From contig OZ252041.1 of NCBI GenBank assembly GCA_965247995.1, positions 494,197 to 558,196 on the forward strand: a stretch of 64,000 nucleotides of DNA, in the 5' to 3' direction. Numbering within the stretch: position 1 is the stretch's first letter; each line of letters begins with the position of its first letter. The notes under the pieces were generated by a model, which worked only from the letters and a program-made list of their open reading frames with translations, was not told where the DNA came from and did not search any database. The DNA comes from Dehalococcoidia bacterium. Lineage in GTDB: Bacteria > Chloroflexota > Dehalococcoidia > UBA6926. The translations under genes and the position numbers were made by a program. This document shows, piece after piece, positions 21,667 through 31,092 of the stretch.

Positions 21667-22995
21667 CTAGTCCCGCGCGACGGACGTGAGCTCGAGCCCG
21701 CACTCGGAGCAGAATCGGGCGTCCGCCACATGGCCGGTACCGCACCGCGGACATGCCACGACGGGCCCTTGGGGAACGTCGGGTATCGGCTCCAATCCAC
21801 CACCCAAAAGGTGTCCGAGTTTGTCTCGCTTCGTCTCGAGGTATCGCCGGTTGTACTCGTTCGGTGCTGCCGCGATCGGGACTCGGTCAACCAACTCCAG
21901 CCCGAACGCGTCGATGCCGACGACCTTACGTGGATTGTTGGTCATCAACGCGACTTTTCGCACACCCAACTCGACCAGAATCTGCGCGCCGACACCGTAG
22001 TCCCGGAGGTCGGGCGGGAAGCCGATCCTCTCGTTGGCCTCGACCGTATCCAACCCGGTGTCCTGAAGCGCATACGCTCTGATCTTGTTGTGGAGGCCAA
22101 CCCCCCGGCCCTCCTGCCGCATGTAAAGAAAGACGCCCTTCCCGGCCTCCGCGATCTGTTTCAGTGCCAGGTCGACCTGTTCTCCACAGTCACACCGCAG
22201 TGAGCCGAACACATCACCCGTCAGACACTCGCTGTGCACCCGCACCAGAGTCGGTTCGTCCGGGTCGATCTCACCCATCGTCAGTGCAACATGCTCCGCC
22301 GGGTCTATCGAACTCCGGAAGCCGACAGCGGTGAAGATGCCATGTCGTGTCGGCAACCGCGCCTCAGCTTGCCGCTCCACCAGGCTCTCGCTCTGGCGTC
22401 GATGGGCAATGATCTGTGCGACGGTCACGATCGGGATTCCCCACTTCGCGGAGAACTCCTCAAGGTCCGGCATTCGCGCCATCGTCCCGTCGTCGTTCAT
22501 GATTTCGCAGATAACCCCGGCAGGGTAAAGCCCCGCCAGGTTCGCGAGGTCGATGACCGCCTCGGTCTGCCCAGCGCGCATCAACACCCCACCCTCCCGA
22601 TAACGCAGTGGGAAGACGTGGCCAGGCCGTGCCAGATCGGTCGGTTGTGTCAGCGGATCAACCAATGCTTTAATCGTCTTCGATCGGTCCGCGGCCGAGA
22701 TACCGGTCGTCACCCCTTCTTTCGCATCGACGGACTGCGTGAACGCGGTGGCGAAAACCGCCGTATTGTTCGTGACCATCAGCGGCAGGTCCAGCTGCTC
22801 GAGCCGCGCGCCCATCAGGGGGGCGCACACCAGCCCACGGGCATGGGCCGCCATGAAATTGATCTGCTCCGGCGTCACCATCTCGGCGGCCAGCGCGAGG
22901 TCTCCCTCGTTCTCACGGTCCGCGTCATCCACAATGATCACGAACTCGCCCTGACGGATCGCTTCGACGGCCTCGTCGACGCTAACGACTGGCAT
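21667..22995 (-). CDS. ribBA: Bifunctional DHBP synthase / GTP cyclohydrolase II with a C-terminal zinc-ribbon extension
   Basis: DRENEGDL (RibB) plus the RibA core (CDCG...GRGVGLHNKIRAYALQD). Extra C-terminal ~60 aa ...ACPRCGTGHVADARFCSECGLEL carries a CxxC...CxxC motif. Start is probably MPVVSVDE (about 22995); the longer ORF runs to 23037. Confidence 0.85.
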   Translation of the reverse strand: MPVVSVDEAVEAIRQGEFVIIVDDADRENEGDLALAAEMVTPEQINFMAAHARGLVCAPLMGARLEQLDLPLMVTNNTAVFATAFTQSVDAKEGVTTGISAADRSKTIKALVDPLTQPTDLARPGHVFPLRYREGGVLMRAGQTEAVIDLANLAGLYPAGVICEIMNDDGTMARMPDLEEFSAKWGIPIVTVAQIIAHRRQSESLVERQAEARLPTRHGIFTAVGFRSSIDPAEHVALTMGEIDPDEPTLVRVHSECLTGDVFGSLRCDCGEQVDLALKQIAEAGKGVFLYMRQEGRGVGLHNKIRAYALQDTGLDTVEANERIGFPPDLRDYGVGAQILVELGVRKVALMTNNPRKVVGIDAFGLELVDRVPIAAAPNEYNRRYLETKRDKLGHLLGGGLEPIPDVPQGPVVACPRCGTGHVADARFCSECGLELTSVARD

Positions 22996-23608
22996 CGTTC
23001 TCGCCCCCGATCTCGACGAACGGCGTTGCTCGGTCACCTCCGAGCAGACGCTCCGCGTACTTCGCGAGGATGTCGATCTCCAGATTCACTTCGTGGCCCG
23101 GTTTCATCGTGCTAAACACCGTGTGTTCGAGCGTGTATCGCACCAAGGAAACCGAGAACGACTCGTCGTCCAAGCCCACTACCGTCAAGCTCACCCCGTC
23201 GACGGCAATGAACCCTTTCTCGACCACGTAGCGGAGGATTTCCGGCGCCGCCGAGAAGCGGACGACGATCGCATCCCCATCTGGTTCCATCGCCAGCACC
23301 CGGCCGGTCCCGTCGACATGCCCCTGGACCAGATGTCCACCCATGCGGCCATTGAACGCCAACGATCGCTCGAGGTTCACGATGCTCCCGGGACCAACCT
23401 CTCCGAGGTTCGTCCGCCTGAGCGTTTCCGGCATCAGGTCGAACGCAATCCGGTCGTCCATGATGTCCGTCACCGTCAGGCACGCACCATTGACCGACAC
23501 GCTGTCGCCGACCGCCGTTTCCTCTATTGCCGTCTGCGCGTGGACGATTAACCGCCCTTCACCAACGGCCGCGACTTTCCCGACTTCTTCGACGATCCCT
23601 GTGAACAT
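22982..23608 (-). CDS. ribE: Riboflavin synthase
   Basis: Canonical MFTGIVEEVG start and duplicated lumazine-binding repeats; internal ATG chosen. Confidence 0.85.
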   Translation of the reverse strand: MFTGIVEEVGKVAAVGEGRLIVHAQTAIEETAVGDSVSVNGACLTVTDIMDDRIAFDLMPETLRRTNLGEVGPGSIVNLERSLAFNGRMGGHLVQGHVDGTGRVLAMEPDGDAIVVRFSAAPEILRYVVEKGFIAVDGVSLTVVGLDDESFSVSLVRYTLEHTVFSTMKPGHEVNLEIDILAKYAERLLGGDRATPFVEIGGENDASR

Positions 23609-23712
23609 CAGACCTCTGGGGGTACGAATCTCCGGATTGCTGGCCGTCTCGCGCGCCAACACACCCACAGTTTGGATTATACGCCTCTGCCCGTCGGCCC
23701 AAGCAGTTCGCC

Positions 23713-24837
23713 TTAGGCTCCTGCCCACCACCGAAACGAACCCTCGACCACCACGTCCTCTTCGATCCGGTCGACCCGTACGTGGCTCAGCGCGGCCGCG
23801 TCGCTGACCCCGACTATCCCTGCGCCAGCCACCGGTCCAAGCGCCTGAGCCCCACCGAACACCTTCGGTGCGATGAACGCCAATGCCCTGTCCGGCAAGC
23901 CATCGTCAAACAGCGAGCCGAGCAATACCTCGCCAACTTCAGTCAGCACTTGCAGCGCGCCCGTATCCCCCAGGTATCGGAGGAGCGCTCGCAGGTCCAC
24001 GCGGCCGTGTTCGTCCGGCAACGACACCACGGAAACGGAATCCCCCAACGCTTTGAACGGCTCGTGGTACTTGTCACCCGCGGTGGCCACTAGTGTTCGG
24101 CCCGGTTCTCGAAAGAGCCGGGCTGTTACTGGCGTCCGACCCCGGCTGTCAGCGATCACGCGCAACGGTTGGCGCGACAGTGCATGGCCCTCTGCATCCC
24201 TCGCCGTCAGCTGCGGATCGTCGACCGCCACGGTGCCCGGAGCGGTGAGAATGGCGTCCACCTGTGACCGCACCTCGTGGACATAGCGACGCGACCCTTC
24301 ACCCGACACCCACCGCGAATCGCCCGTCTTCGTCGCGATCTTCCCATCCAACGTCATCGCGTACTTCGCGATCAGCAGCGGTTCGCCGGTCCGGACGTGC
24401 TTGTAATACGCCTGGTAGTGCTCGTTTGCTTCGGCCGATCCATCCCCTACGTCCACGACGATCCCCGCGTCGCGGAGCGCTTGGACTCCCCGGCCGTTCA
24501 CTTCCGGGTTCGGATCCAACACCGCCAGGCGCACGGCGGCGACTCCGGCTTCGATGATGGCCCGCGCGCACGGCGGTGTGCGACCAACATGTGCGCAGGG
24601 CTCGAGCGTCGTGAATAGGGACGCCCCCCGCGCATCAACTCCGGCGGCGGCCAGCGCCACCGCCTCGGCGTGAAACCCACCCGGCTCCTGCGTAAAACCC
24701 TCGCCAGCGACCGTTCCGTCCGCCCGGACCAGGACCGCGCCTACCGCAGGGTTCGGGCTCGACAAGCCGAGCGCCCGACGTGCGAGGCCGAGCGCCCGTT
24801 CCATATCGGACGATGCCGGAGGGCTCTGATCAGTCAC
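23713..24837 (-). CDS. ribD: Bifunctional riboflavin biosynthesis deaminase/reductase RibD
   Basis: Deaminase HAEAVAL...LEPCAHVGRTPPC plus C-terminal reductase domain. Alternative start at MERALGLARRAL (about 24804). Confidence 0.85.
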   Translation of the reverse strand: MTDQSPPASSDMERALGLARRALGLSSPNPAVGAVLVRADGTVAGEGFTQEPGGFHAEAVALAAAGVDARGASLFTTLEPCAHVGRTPPCARAIIEAGVAAVRLAVLDPNPEVNGRGVQALRDAGIVVDVGDGSAEANEHYQAYYKHVRTGEPLLIAKYAMTLDGKIATKTGDSRWVSGEGSRRYVHEVRSQVDAILTAPGTVAVDDPQLTARDAEGHALSRQPLRVIADSRGRTPVTARLFREPGRTLVATAGDKYHEPFKALGDSVSVVSLPDEHGRVDLRALLRYLGDTGALQVLTEVGEVLLGSLFDDGLPDRALAFIAPKVFGGAQALGPVAGAGIVGVSDAAALSHVRVDRIEEDVVVEGSFRWWAGA

Positions 24838-24931
24838 GGGGTCGCGAGTGGGAGAAAGCTGGTGGCACCATACCCTGTCAGAATACCGCCGCTTCCCGGT
24901 ACGCGCGCACCGGACGGCCTTCGCTGGTCCC

Positions 24932-25825
24932 CTACGGGATCGCGAACACGGCGTTCACCGTCACGACGACCTCCAACTCGCCGCTCTCGATCGGCGGAGC
25001 GGATGATCCGGCTGAATCGAACGCCGCCATCGACCGTGCGCTCTCCACCATCAACTGCACCTGCGGAGCGCCAATCTCGCTCAGTGAAATCGGTTTACCC
25101 AACTCCACCCCGGCAGCATCCGCGATCTCCTGCGCATGTGTCACCGCAGCACGCGTCGCCTCGGCTCGCGCTTGTGTCTGTGCCGCCGTGGCATCCTCGA
25201 CCGTGAACTGCAGCCCACCCACGCGTACGTCGTCGCCGCCCGCCTTCGCCGCTTCGTCGATCACCGTGCTCACCGACTCCAGGTCCCGGACACGCACTGC
25301 AACCGAATTCGTCACCATATAGCCATCCAACACCCGCTGGTTCCGCTGTCCGCCGTTCGGGTTGATGACCTCTTCCCACCGGTAGATGGGCTGGATGCTG
25401 AATCGCTGCGTCTGAATGTCACGGTCCTCGACTCCCGTTCCCTTGACCGCGGCCGAGACCGCAGCCATCGCAGCCGTCGCCCGCTGATGGGCGGCCGCTA
25501 CCGACTCGTCTTGGACCTCGATCCCGAGCGCCAGGATCGCGAGGTCCGCATCCACCGCGACACGCCCAGTGCCGGAGACGAAGATACCTTCGGACTGAGC
25601 ACTCGCTGCTTGTGTCAACGAACGCGCCGTTGCAGTGGCATACTGCGGCGTCTCCGTCACCTGGGTCGCCGCAGCGTCGATCGACAAGGCATTGGTCGGG
25701 GGTTCAGTCCCCACGCTGGGCTGCGGCGTCGTTTCGCCGCCCCCGTCGGAGCAAGCAGCTCCCACCAAGGCCGCGAAGACGGCCACCAATGCAACGGCGA
25801 ACGTCGCTTTCTTCGCTCGCTTCAT
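24932..25825 (-). CDS. SIMPL/DUF541-family secreted lipoprotein
   Basis: Start MKRAKKATFAVALVAVFAALVGAAC (lipobox) behind a GGAGGA RBS; DUF541/SIMPL core (...RFSIQPIYRWEE...GYMVTNSVAVRVRDL...). Confidence 0.6.
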   Translation of the reverse strand: MKRAKKATFAVALVAVFAALVGAACSDGGGETTPQPSVGTEPPTNALSIDAAATQVTETPQYATATARSLTQAASAQSEGIFVSGTGRVAVDADLAILALGIEVQDESVAAAHQRATAAMAAVSAAVKGTGVEDRDIQTQRFSIQPIYRWEEVINPNGGQRNQRVLDGYMVTNSVAVRVRDLESVSTVIDEAAKAGGDDVRVGGLQFTVEDATAAQTQARAEATRAAVTHAQEIADAAGVELGKPISLSEIGAPQVQLMVESARSMAAFDSAGSSAPPIESGELEVVVTVNAVFAIP

Positions 25826-26014
25826 CTCGTGTCCTCCGTTCATTTCACTCCCGCGCGACCTCGCCAAGACCAACCGCTCAGTTTCCTCTGCTGCTTACAA
25901 GTGCAATAACGCACGCGCTGGCAACTCCGTTAGCAACCCAGAGCAACCAGCCACACACCGATCGGATGTCGTGAACCCCAACCTTCCCTCAGGGGCCTTC
26001 TTATACTGGCAACA

Positions 26015-26743
26015 ATGGCCATGTCACGCCATCCCGACGCTGAACCGGACCTCCCGGACGACAGCTACTGGGCCGCCGTCGGCCTCCAAACTCGGTCGGA
26101 CACTGGACCGGGCAACAACGATGGGCACCGGGGCCGCCGGTTCCTACGTGAGGTCGTGGAGACCGTTGCCGCCGCTGCCATCCTCTTCTTTGTCATACAG
26201 GCCATGGTCCAAAGCTACCAGGTTCAGGGTCCCAGCATGGAGCCGAGCGTTCACAACAACGAGCTCTTGCTCGTCAACAAGGCCGTCTACTTCAACGTTG
26301 CGCGGTCCACCGTCGACCTGCTGCTCCCCTTCGTCGACCTCCAGAATGGCAACGACATTTACCCCTTCCATCCCCCTCGGCGTGGTGACATCGTCGTCCT
26401 CCGGGGTCCGGACGGCTCGACGCGAGATTTCATCAAACGCATCGTCGCCATCCCCGGCGACACGCTAGAACTCCGTCGCGGTGAGCTCTACGTCAAAGAC
26501 GAACTGGTGGACGAGCCATACCTCGCCGATCTCGACTCCCGCGGCTCCGTTGGTCCGATCGTGATCCCACCCGGCTCCTACTATGTCCTCGGCGACAACC
26601 GGTCTGTCAGCCGCGACTCCCGCTCCTGGGGCCCAATCTCGGAGGAGATGATCGTCGGCAAGGCCTGGATCGCCTACTGGCCGTTCGGCGAACTCGGATT
26701 CCTCGGCCACACCCCCGCACCAGTCAGCGCCACGAGCACCTGA
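26015..26743 (+). CDS. lepB: Signal peptidase I
   Basis: Catalytic Ser box GPSMEP, Lys box, and GDNRSVSRDSR motif; N-terminal TM anchor. Confidence 0.85.
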   Translation: MAMSRHPDAEPDLPDDSYWAAVGLQTRSDTGPGNNDGHRGRRFLREVVETVAAAAILFFVIQAMVQSYQVQGPSMEPSVHNNELLLVNKAVYFNVARSTVDLLLPFVDLQNGNDIYPFHPPRRGDIVVLRGPDGSTRDFIKRIVAIPGDTLELRRGELYVKDELVDEPYLADLDSRGSVGPIVIPPGSYYVLGDNRSVSRDSRSWGPISEEMIVGKAWIAYWPFGELGFLGHTPAPVSATST

Positions 26744-26782
26744 TCGGTTGCGCCGCGACGGCGCTTCAGCGAGGGACGAGAG

Positions 26783-27202
26783 ATGCAGACAGATGAATCC
26801 GCGCGGAAATCACCATCACCGGCACGATGCGTAGCCGGAGCCTTGATTAGGGATGACGAAATCCTACTCGTGAAGCGGAGCTTGCAAGCCTCCTACTACC
26901 CCGGCGTCTGGGATCGGTTTGGAGGGCATGTTGAGAAGGACGAAACTGCGCGCGACGCCTTACACCGTGAAGCTGTAGAGGAGCTCCAAGTGCGGATTGA
27001 ACGGTTCCAACCTTTGGGTTCCGCCCACGACCCGGTTGAACCTGCCGACATCACCGTCTTCGCCGTTTGGGAGTGGAAAAGGCGAGCCCGTCAACGCTGC
27101 ACCTCAAGAGCACAGCAGCATCCGCTGGTTCTCAAAGTGGGACCTTCCTCAATCCCCAGCTCTAGACCTTTATGGCGAGTTTGCTGGCGAGCGTTCGGCT
27201 AG
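26783..27202 (+). CDS. NUDIX hydrolase (apparently frameshifted near 27075)
   Basis: Nudix box GGHVEKDETARDALHREAVEELQV in frame. After ...VFAVWEWK the Nudix-like continuation (GEPVNAAPQEHSSIRWFSKWDLPQSPALDLY...) lies in the +1 frame (track ORF 26997..). An AAAA run sits at the frameshift junction. Confidence 0.45.
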   Translation: MQTDESARKSPSPARCVAGALIRDDEILLVKRSLQASYYPGVWDRFGGHVEKDETARDALHREAVEELQVRIERFQPLGSAHDPVEPADITVFAVWEWKRRARQRCTSRAQQHPLVLKVGPSSIPSSRPLWRVCWRAFG

Positions 27203-27329
27203 AGTCCGCGGACCGAAGCGCGGGACAGAACAGGCAGCGCGACGAAGCGGGAATACGCAAGGCAAAATCGAGATTAGGTTTCCGCTAACGAAGTCTTGCC
27301 GTCGCCTCCGAGCCGTTACAAACGCAAGG

Positions 27330-27761
27330 CTATTGATCGCCCTGCGGGGATGCCCAAAGGTGCCAGCCGGCTGCGCCTCCGACCAACACGAACAACGGGT
27401 CCACGAGAGCCCAGATGACCATACTCACCGTGGTCTGCGGGTCCTCGCCAACGACAAGGTTGTCGAACCAATTCCAAAAGAACCAAAGCGTCAGCGTGCC
27501 CGTTGCGTAGAAGGCCAGGTCCGCGCTCAGACGTGCACTCGACATGGGCTCGTCCGGACCGGCGCGGTGCGCTTCAGCCTTTCGAAGGTAGCGGGTAACC
27601 AAGGCAATCACGATTGCGGGCGCCATGAACCAGTCCAAGATGTCCCAAACGAACTCAACGTCAACGGCTTCTGTGTAGAACGGCGCAAACACAAAATGCA
27701 CCGCAACCACGGCTGCCAAAACCAACAAATAGATAGCTGCCAGCCTCTTAGCTATGTCCAT
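27330..27761 (-). CDS. Hypothetical small membrane protein (4 TM)
   Basis: 143 aa, strong AAGGAGGA RBS, four hydrophobic helices; no recognisable family. Confidence 0.5.
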   Translation of the reverse strand: MDIAKRLAAIYLLVLAAVVAVHFVFAPFYTEAVDVEFVWDILDWFMAPAIVIALVTRYLRKAEAHRAGPDEPMSSARLSADLAFYATGTLTLWFFWNWFDNLVVGEDPQTTVSMVIWALVDPLFVLVGGAAGWHLWASPQGDQ

Positions 27762-27880
27762 GGTTCTGTCCTCCTTCGACGTTCGCGCGACGGCATGGTA
27801 ACAGTCGGTCGAAGTCGGATCTCACTTTGGGAGCACTCCTTGGAGCCCTAACTGGGTGATCCTTGGCCACCGCTACGTTG

Positions 27881-28393
27881 CTAGCCGAATGCGGTGCGGA
27901 AGAGACGGCGAACGGAATCGTCGGTCTCGATGCCGGCGAGGTCGCGGAGTGTGAACCAGCGCAGATCGAGCGATTCACCGCTCATGCGCGGCGCGGTGCC
28001 GGGACCAGCACGGAGGAGGAAGCGGGTATCGAAGTGCAGGTGCTCGGGCTCGCCGGGGCGGGCCGGTATCGTGTGAATATCGAGGTCTACCGGGGTGGGG
28101 TCAATCGCAAGATCGGCAATACCGCTCTCCTCAACCGCCTCTCGAAGCGCGACGCCGGCGAGGTTGGCGTCGCCGTCGGCGTGCCCACCGAGCTGGAGCC
28201 AGCGGCCCAGCTTGCGGTGATGGGTGAGCAGGGCGCGCCGCGCCTCGTGGTCAAGCACCAGAGCGGAGCCGGTGAGGTGCCCCGGCAGGCAAGTCCGAAG
28301 GTGCGCGTCCCCGGGGTGAGTTTCGATGAATGCCAGCACACCCGCTTGGACGGCCCGTTGCGCCTCGTCCGGCGCGTCGTACGCCAACAGCAC
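27881..28393 (-). CDS. NUDIX hydrolase
   Basis: Nudix box GGHADGDANLAGVALREAVEESGI; 170 aa. Confidence 0.7.
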   Translation of the reverse strand: MLLAYDAPDEAQRAVQAGVLAFIETHPGDAHLRTCLPGHLTGSALVLDHEARRALLTHHRKLGRWLQLGGHADGDANLAGVALREAVEESGIADLAIDPTPVDLDIHTIPARPGEPEHLHFDTRFLLRAGPGTAPRMSGESLDLRWFTLRDLAGIETDDSVRRLFRTAFG

Positions 28394-28702
28394 CCGCCAA
28401 GCCGCGCCGAGGTCGGAGGTCGACGGAAATGGTCCCCGAACAAATTGCCCAGCCCTGCCTACAGCGTCACCCCTACCAACTTTCGGCCTTCTCGATAGAC
28501 ACAGATCCGATTCTGGCCGACCGCGCGTGGCTCAACGACGCAGCCCCCGTCTGCCGACATCACAACTCGTCAACGTGTTGGCGTCTGCACCTAACGACAC
28601 GCTTCGTTGATCAAACACAAACCCATCTTCAACATAATCCACCAATTCTAGGTCTCCCTCGCGCCTGCCCGGCCCCCTCTCGCCAGGACCGCGGTCTGGA
28701 CG

Positions 28703-29638
28703 TCATTGCCCTAACAGGGGGCTGATATGCACTCGCAATTGTGAGGACGGTGTTGATCTAAGCGAGAGGATATCCCCCACCAGAAGGTAGGTGTAGACGA
28801 CGCACCGGTCTGCCTCTTCCCTCGTCAGCGTGTCGTGAGACCCCTTTTGAGCCGCTTTGAAGAGAGCGTCGAGTCTGTGGCCCATGTAGTGCAAGTGAGA
28901 CCCAACTATTTCCATATAACGCTTGGATTCTGACGAGTCATCAACGTATGCCATCAACCTGTTGATGTATTGACCGTCTCCTAGCTTCACTTCGGTCCCA
29001 TTCCGTGTCCGCGTTCCATCCTGTGGAGGAAAAATGGCGTCAGCCAAAGCCTCGAGTACTCTCCGCCAGCTATGTGCTGCGTTAGACCAGTCTTCAGGGT
29101 TGTTCGACGCAAGATCATTGTAAGCGGGTACTAGCTTCTCTACAGCGTCTGGCACTGTAATCCCGATCAATGAGTCTACTTGAGCGGGCGTCCGTTCGAA
29201 TACATTATTGACAAGTCCAGAACACCCAATCGCATAGTGCTTGTTGGCGACGTAGCTGTGAATGTGGGTGCGTCGAGAGGCAAGCTGCTTAATAGTCGCG
29301 TCCATACCACTCAGAATCCATTTCTTCTCGTATAGGGCAGTCCCCGGAGCAGTGCCCTGATATGTGCCCTGAAGCACGGCGTCCCCTTTGGCAACATCGT
29401 ACTCGCATTTCTCGATGGCCTTCGGTCTTCCTGCTGAGGGATCATAGCCACTGCTCATCCGCTCGCACTCCCGCTGAACGTCGGGATCATTCAGGATGCC
29501 GGCTAGGCGTATCACTCTCAGTACCACGTTAGACAGATGCTCTCGCCCCATCTCGATGTCCTCGAGAATCTCGCTAGAGAGAGCCTCGGCCTCCTCCGAG
29601 ACCTTAGTCGCGATGTTGAACGTGGGACTAGTTTCCAC
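28703..29638 (-). CDS. Orphan hypothetical protein on a low-GC islet (possible Abi/defence-type protein, unassigned)
   Basis: 311-aa ORF at about 50-52% GC and with atypical codon usage (AGA/AGG/ATA/TTA) in a ~66% GC genome; next to tRNA-Lys; no confident family match by eye. Confidence 0.5.
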   Translation of the reverse strand: METSPTFNIATKVSEEAEALSSEILEDIEMGREHLSNVVLRVIRLAGILNDPDVQRECERMSSGYDPSAGRPKAIEKCEYDVAKGDAVLQGTYQGTAPGTALYEKKWILSGMDATIKQLASRRTHIHSYVANKHYAIGCSGLVNNVFERTPAQVDSLIGITVPDAVEKLVPAYNDLASNNPEDWSNAAHSWRRVLEALADAIFPPQDGTRTRNGTEVKLGDGQYINRLMAYVDDSSESKRYMEIVGSHLHYMGHRLDALFKAAQKGSHDTLTREEADRCVVYTYLLVGDILSLRSTPSSQLRVHISPLLGQ

Positions 29639-30130
29639 TCAAGCCTACCTTGCCCAGCATCAGGTTCCTGCAGGGAGCCCAAACTGTTACTTGAGAACCG
29701 AAGTCAGTTGGTACACTTGCAACGGGTCTGCTTGAGTGCTAGTTCCTTCAATCCCATTGCCACCCAGGCCCCGGCTTCTAAGGGATATTTTAGCACGCAA
29801 TATAACCCACGGAGAGATTCGTGACACGGCATCTTTTCTATCTCGCATCCCCACTGACCGCCGCACCATCGACTGACGGCAGAATGCTTGAACCTGTGAG
29901 AACCAGGTGGCACGATTCGGGACGGGAGAATCCCACCGGACCGCGGGCCTCCCGGATCCGCATTAGTGAACGTGGGGAGGACGCGAGCAACCCCACCTAC
30001 GGCCTCTCCTGAGCAGCGCATTGGTTTATCGGATGCCGAAGGCAGGGATGCTGACACCATGGGCGCCGAGCCTCCCCCGGTTACAGGACAAGGACGAACC
30101 TCAATACAAAGGTTGTTGATTTTGTCAAGT

Positions 30131-30205
30131 TGGTGGGCCGTGAGGGGATCGAACCCTCGACCTTGGGATTAAAAGTCCCCTGCTCTCCCGCTGAGCTAAC
30201 GGCCC
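30131..30205 (-). tRNA. tRNA-Lys (anticodon TTT)
   Basis: Minus strand: GGGCCGTTAGCTCAGCGGGAGAGCAGGGGACTTTTAATCCCCAAGGTCGAGGGTTCGATCCCCTCACGGCCCACCA; good cloverleaf; CCA encoded. Confidence 0.85.
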
Positions 30206-30222
30206 GTCCAAGTCTACGCCCG

Positions 30223-31092
30223 CTACGGCTGCGACCGCGCTGGCGTTCCCTTGCCGCCCTGACAAGTCGGGCATGTGTACGTCCCGCGGCCTCCAACCAC
30301 GGACCGCTCGATCGGTGTCCCACACGCGATACACGGCGCCCCGGCGTTCCTCGGCATCCGTAACACCTCCGCGGCGCCCTCCTGCGACTCGGTCGGAGGC
30401 TCCACGATGTCACCCGCCCACACCAGCGCGTCGAGCGTCCGGACCGCCCGCGCCAACGTCGACACGACCGCGTCCCGCAGCGTCTCGACCTCTCTCTCGT
30501 CGAGCGACCCCGCAGCCCGCAGCGGATGCAACCTCGCCGCGAACAAGGCCTCGTCCGCGTAGATATTCCCCACACCCGCAGCAACACCCTGGTCCAACAG
30601 CAGCGCCTTCACTGGCGCCCTCCTGCCCGCCAACTGTTCCCGTAAGAACGCAACCCCGAACTCGGGATTCGGCGACAAGTCCTCCATCAGCGGCTCCGGC
30701 CCCAGACCACTCACCAACTCAACCGGGTCCGCGACCCACCACACGCTCCCGAACACGCGCGGGTCGACGAACCGCAGCGACCGGCCTCCGCCCAACGCCA
30801 GCACGAACCGCGTGTACGCTGGTAACTCCGCTGACGATGGTTCGATCCGCGGCGCCCCGGTCATCCCCATGTGCAGGACCAACGAGCCTTCATCCAGCGC
30901 CGCCAGGAGAAACTTCGCACGCCGGTCGAGCCGCTGGACCGTCGAACCAAGCACCCGTTCCACGAACTCCCCAGTAGAGGGAGCCTTCACGATCGATTCC
31001 CGCAGCACATCCACGCCAACGATCCTCGCGCCGACCGCGCCGTCACGGATCAGCGACTGTCGGAACGCCTCGACGTCGGGCAGTTCAGGCAC
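30223..31092 (-). CDS. mutM: Formamidopyrimidine-DNA glycosylase
   Basis: GTG start gives (M)PELPDVE with the catalytic Pro2; C-terminal zinc finger CIACGTPIERSVVGGRGTYTCPTCQ. Confidence 0.85.
   Translation of the reverse strand: MPELPDVEAFRQSLIRDGAVGARIVGVDVLRESIVKAPSTGEFVERVLGSTVQRLDRRAKFLLAALDEGSLVLHMGMTGAPRIEPSSAELPAYTRFVLALGGGRSLRFVDPRVFGSVWWVADPVELVSGLGPEPLMEDLSPNPEFGVAFLREQLAGRRAPVKALLLDQGVAAGVGNIYADEALFAARLHPLRAAGSLDEREVETLRDAVVSTLARAVRTLDALVWAGDIVEPPTESQEGAAEVLRMPRNAGAPCIACGTPIERSVVGGRGTYTCPTCQGGKGTPARSQP

Noticed and set aside
24805-24931. Possible FMN riboswitch in the ribD leader
   Set aside because: Only scattered matches (GCGGCGGUAUU, CCCGUGAC, CUGACAGgGUAUGG) and no GGGUGAAAUUCCC core. 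The leader, at about 94-127 nt, is too short for a full RFN aptamer plus expression platform. Left as 'not detected' pending cmsearch.
26997-27851. Long 284-aa plus-strand ORF
   Set aside because: Only its first ~30 codons look like coding sequence (the Nudix C-terminus in an alternative frame). The remainder runs antisense through the well-supported membrane-protein gene 27330-27761 and is a high-GC open-frame artefact.
28394-28700. Search for an attR/direct repeat of the tRNA-Lys 3' end at the far edge of the low-GC islet
   Set aside because: No convincing ≥12-nt copy of the tRNA 3' end (only GTGAGG shared). Boundaries therefore rest on composition alone.
30130-30363. 77-aa plus-strand ORF
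   Set aside because: It overlaps tRNA-Lys on the opposite strand and the 3' end of mutM; antisense artefact.
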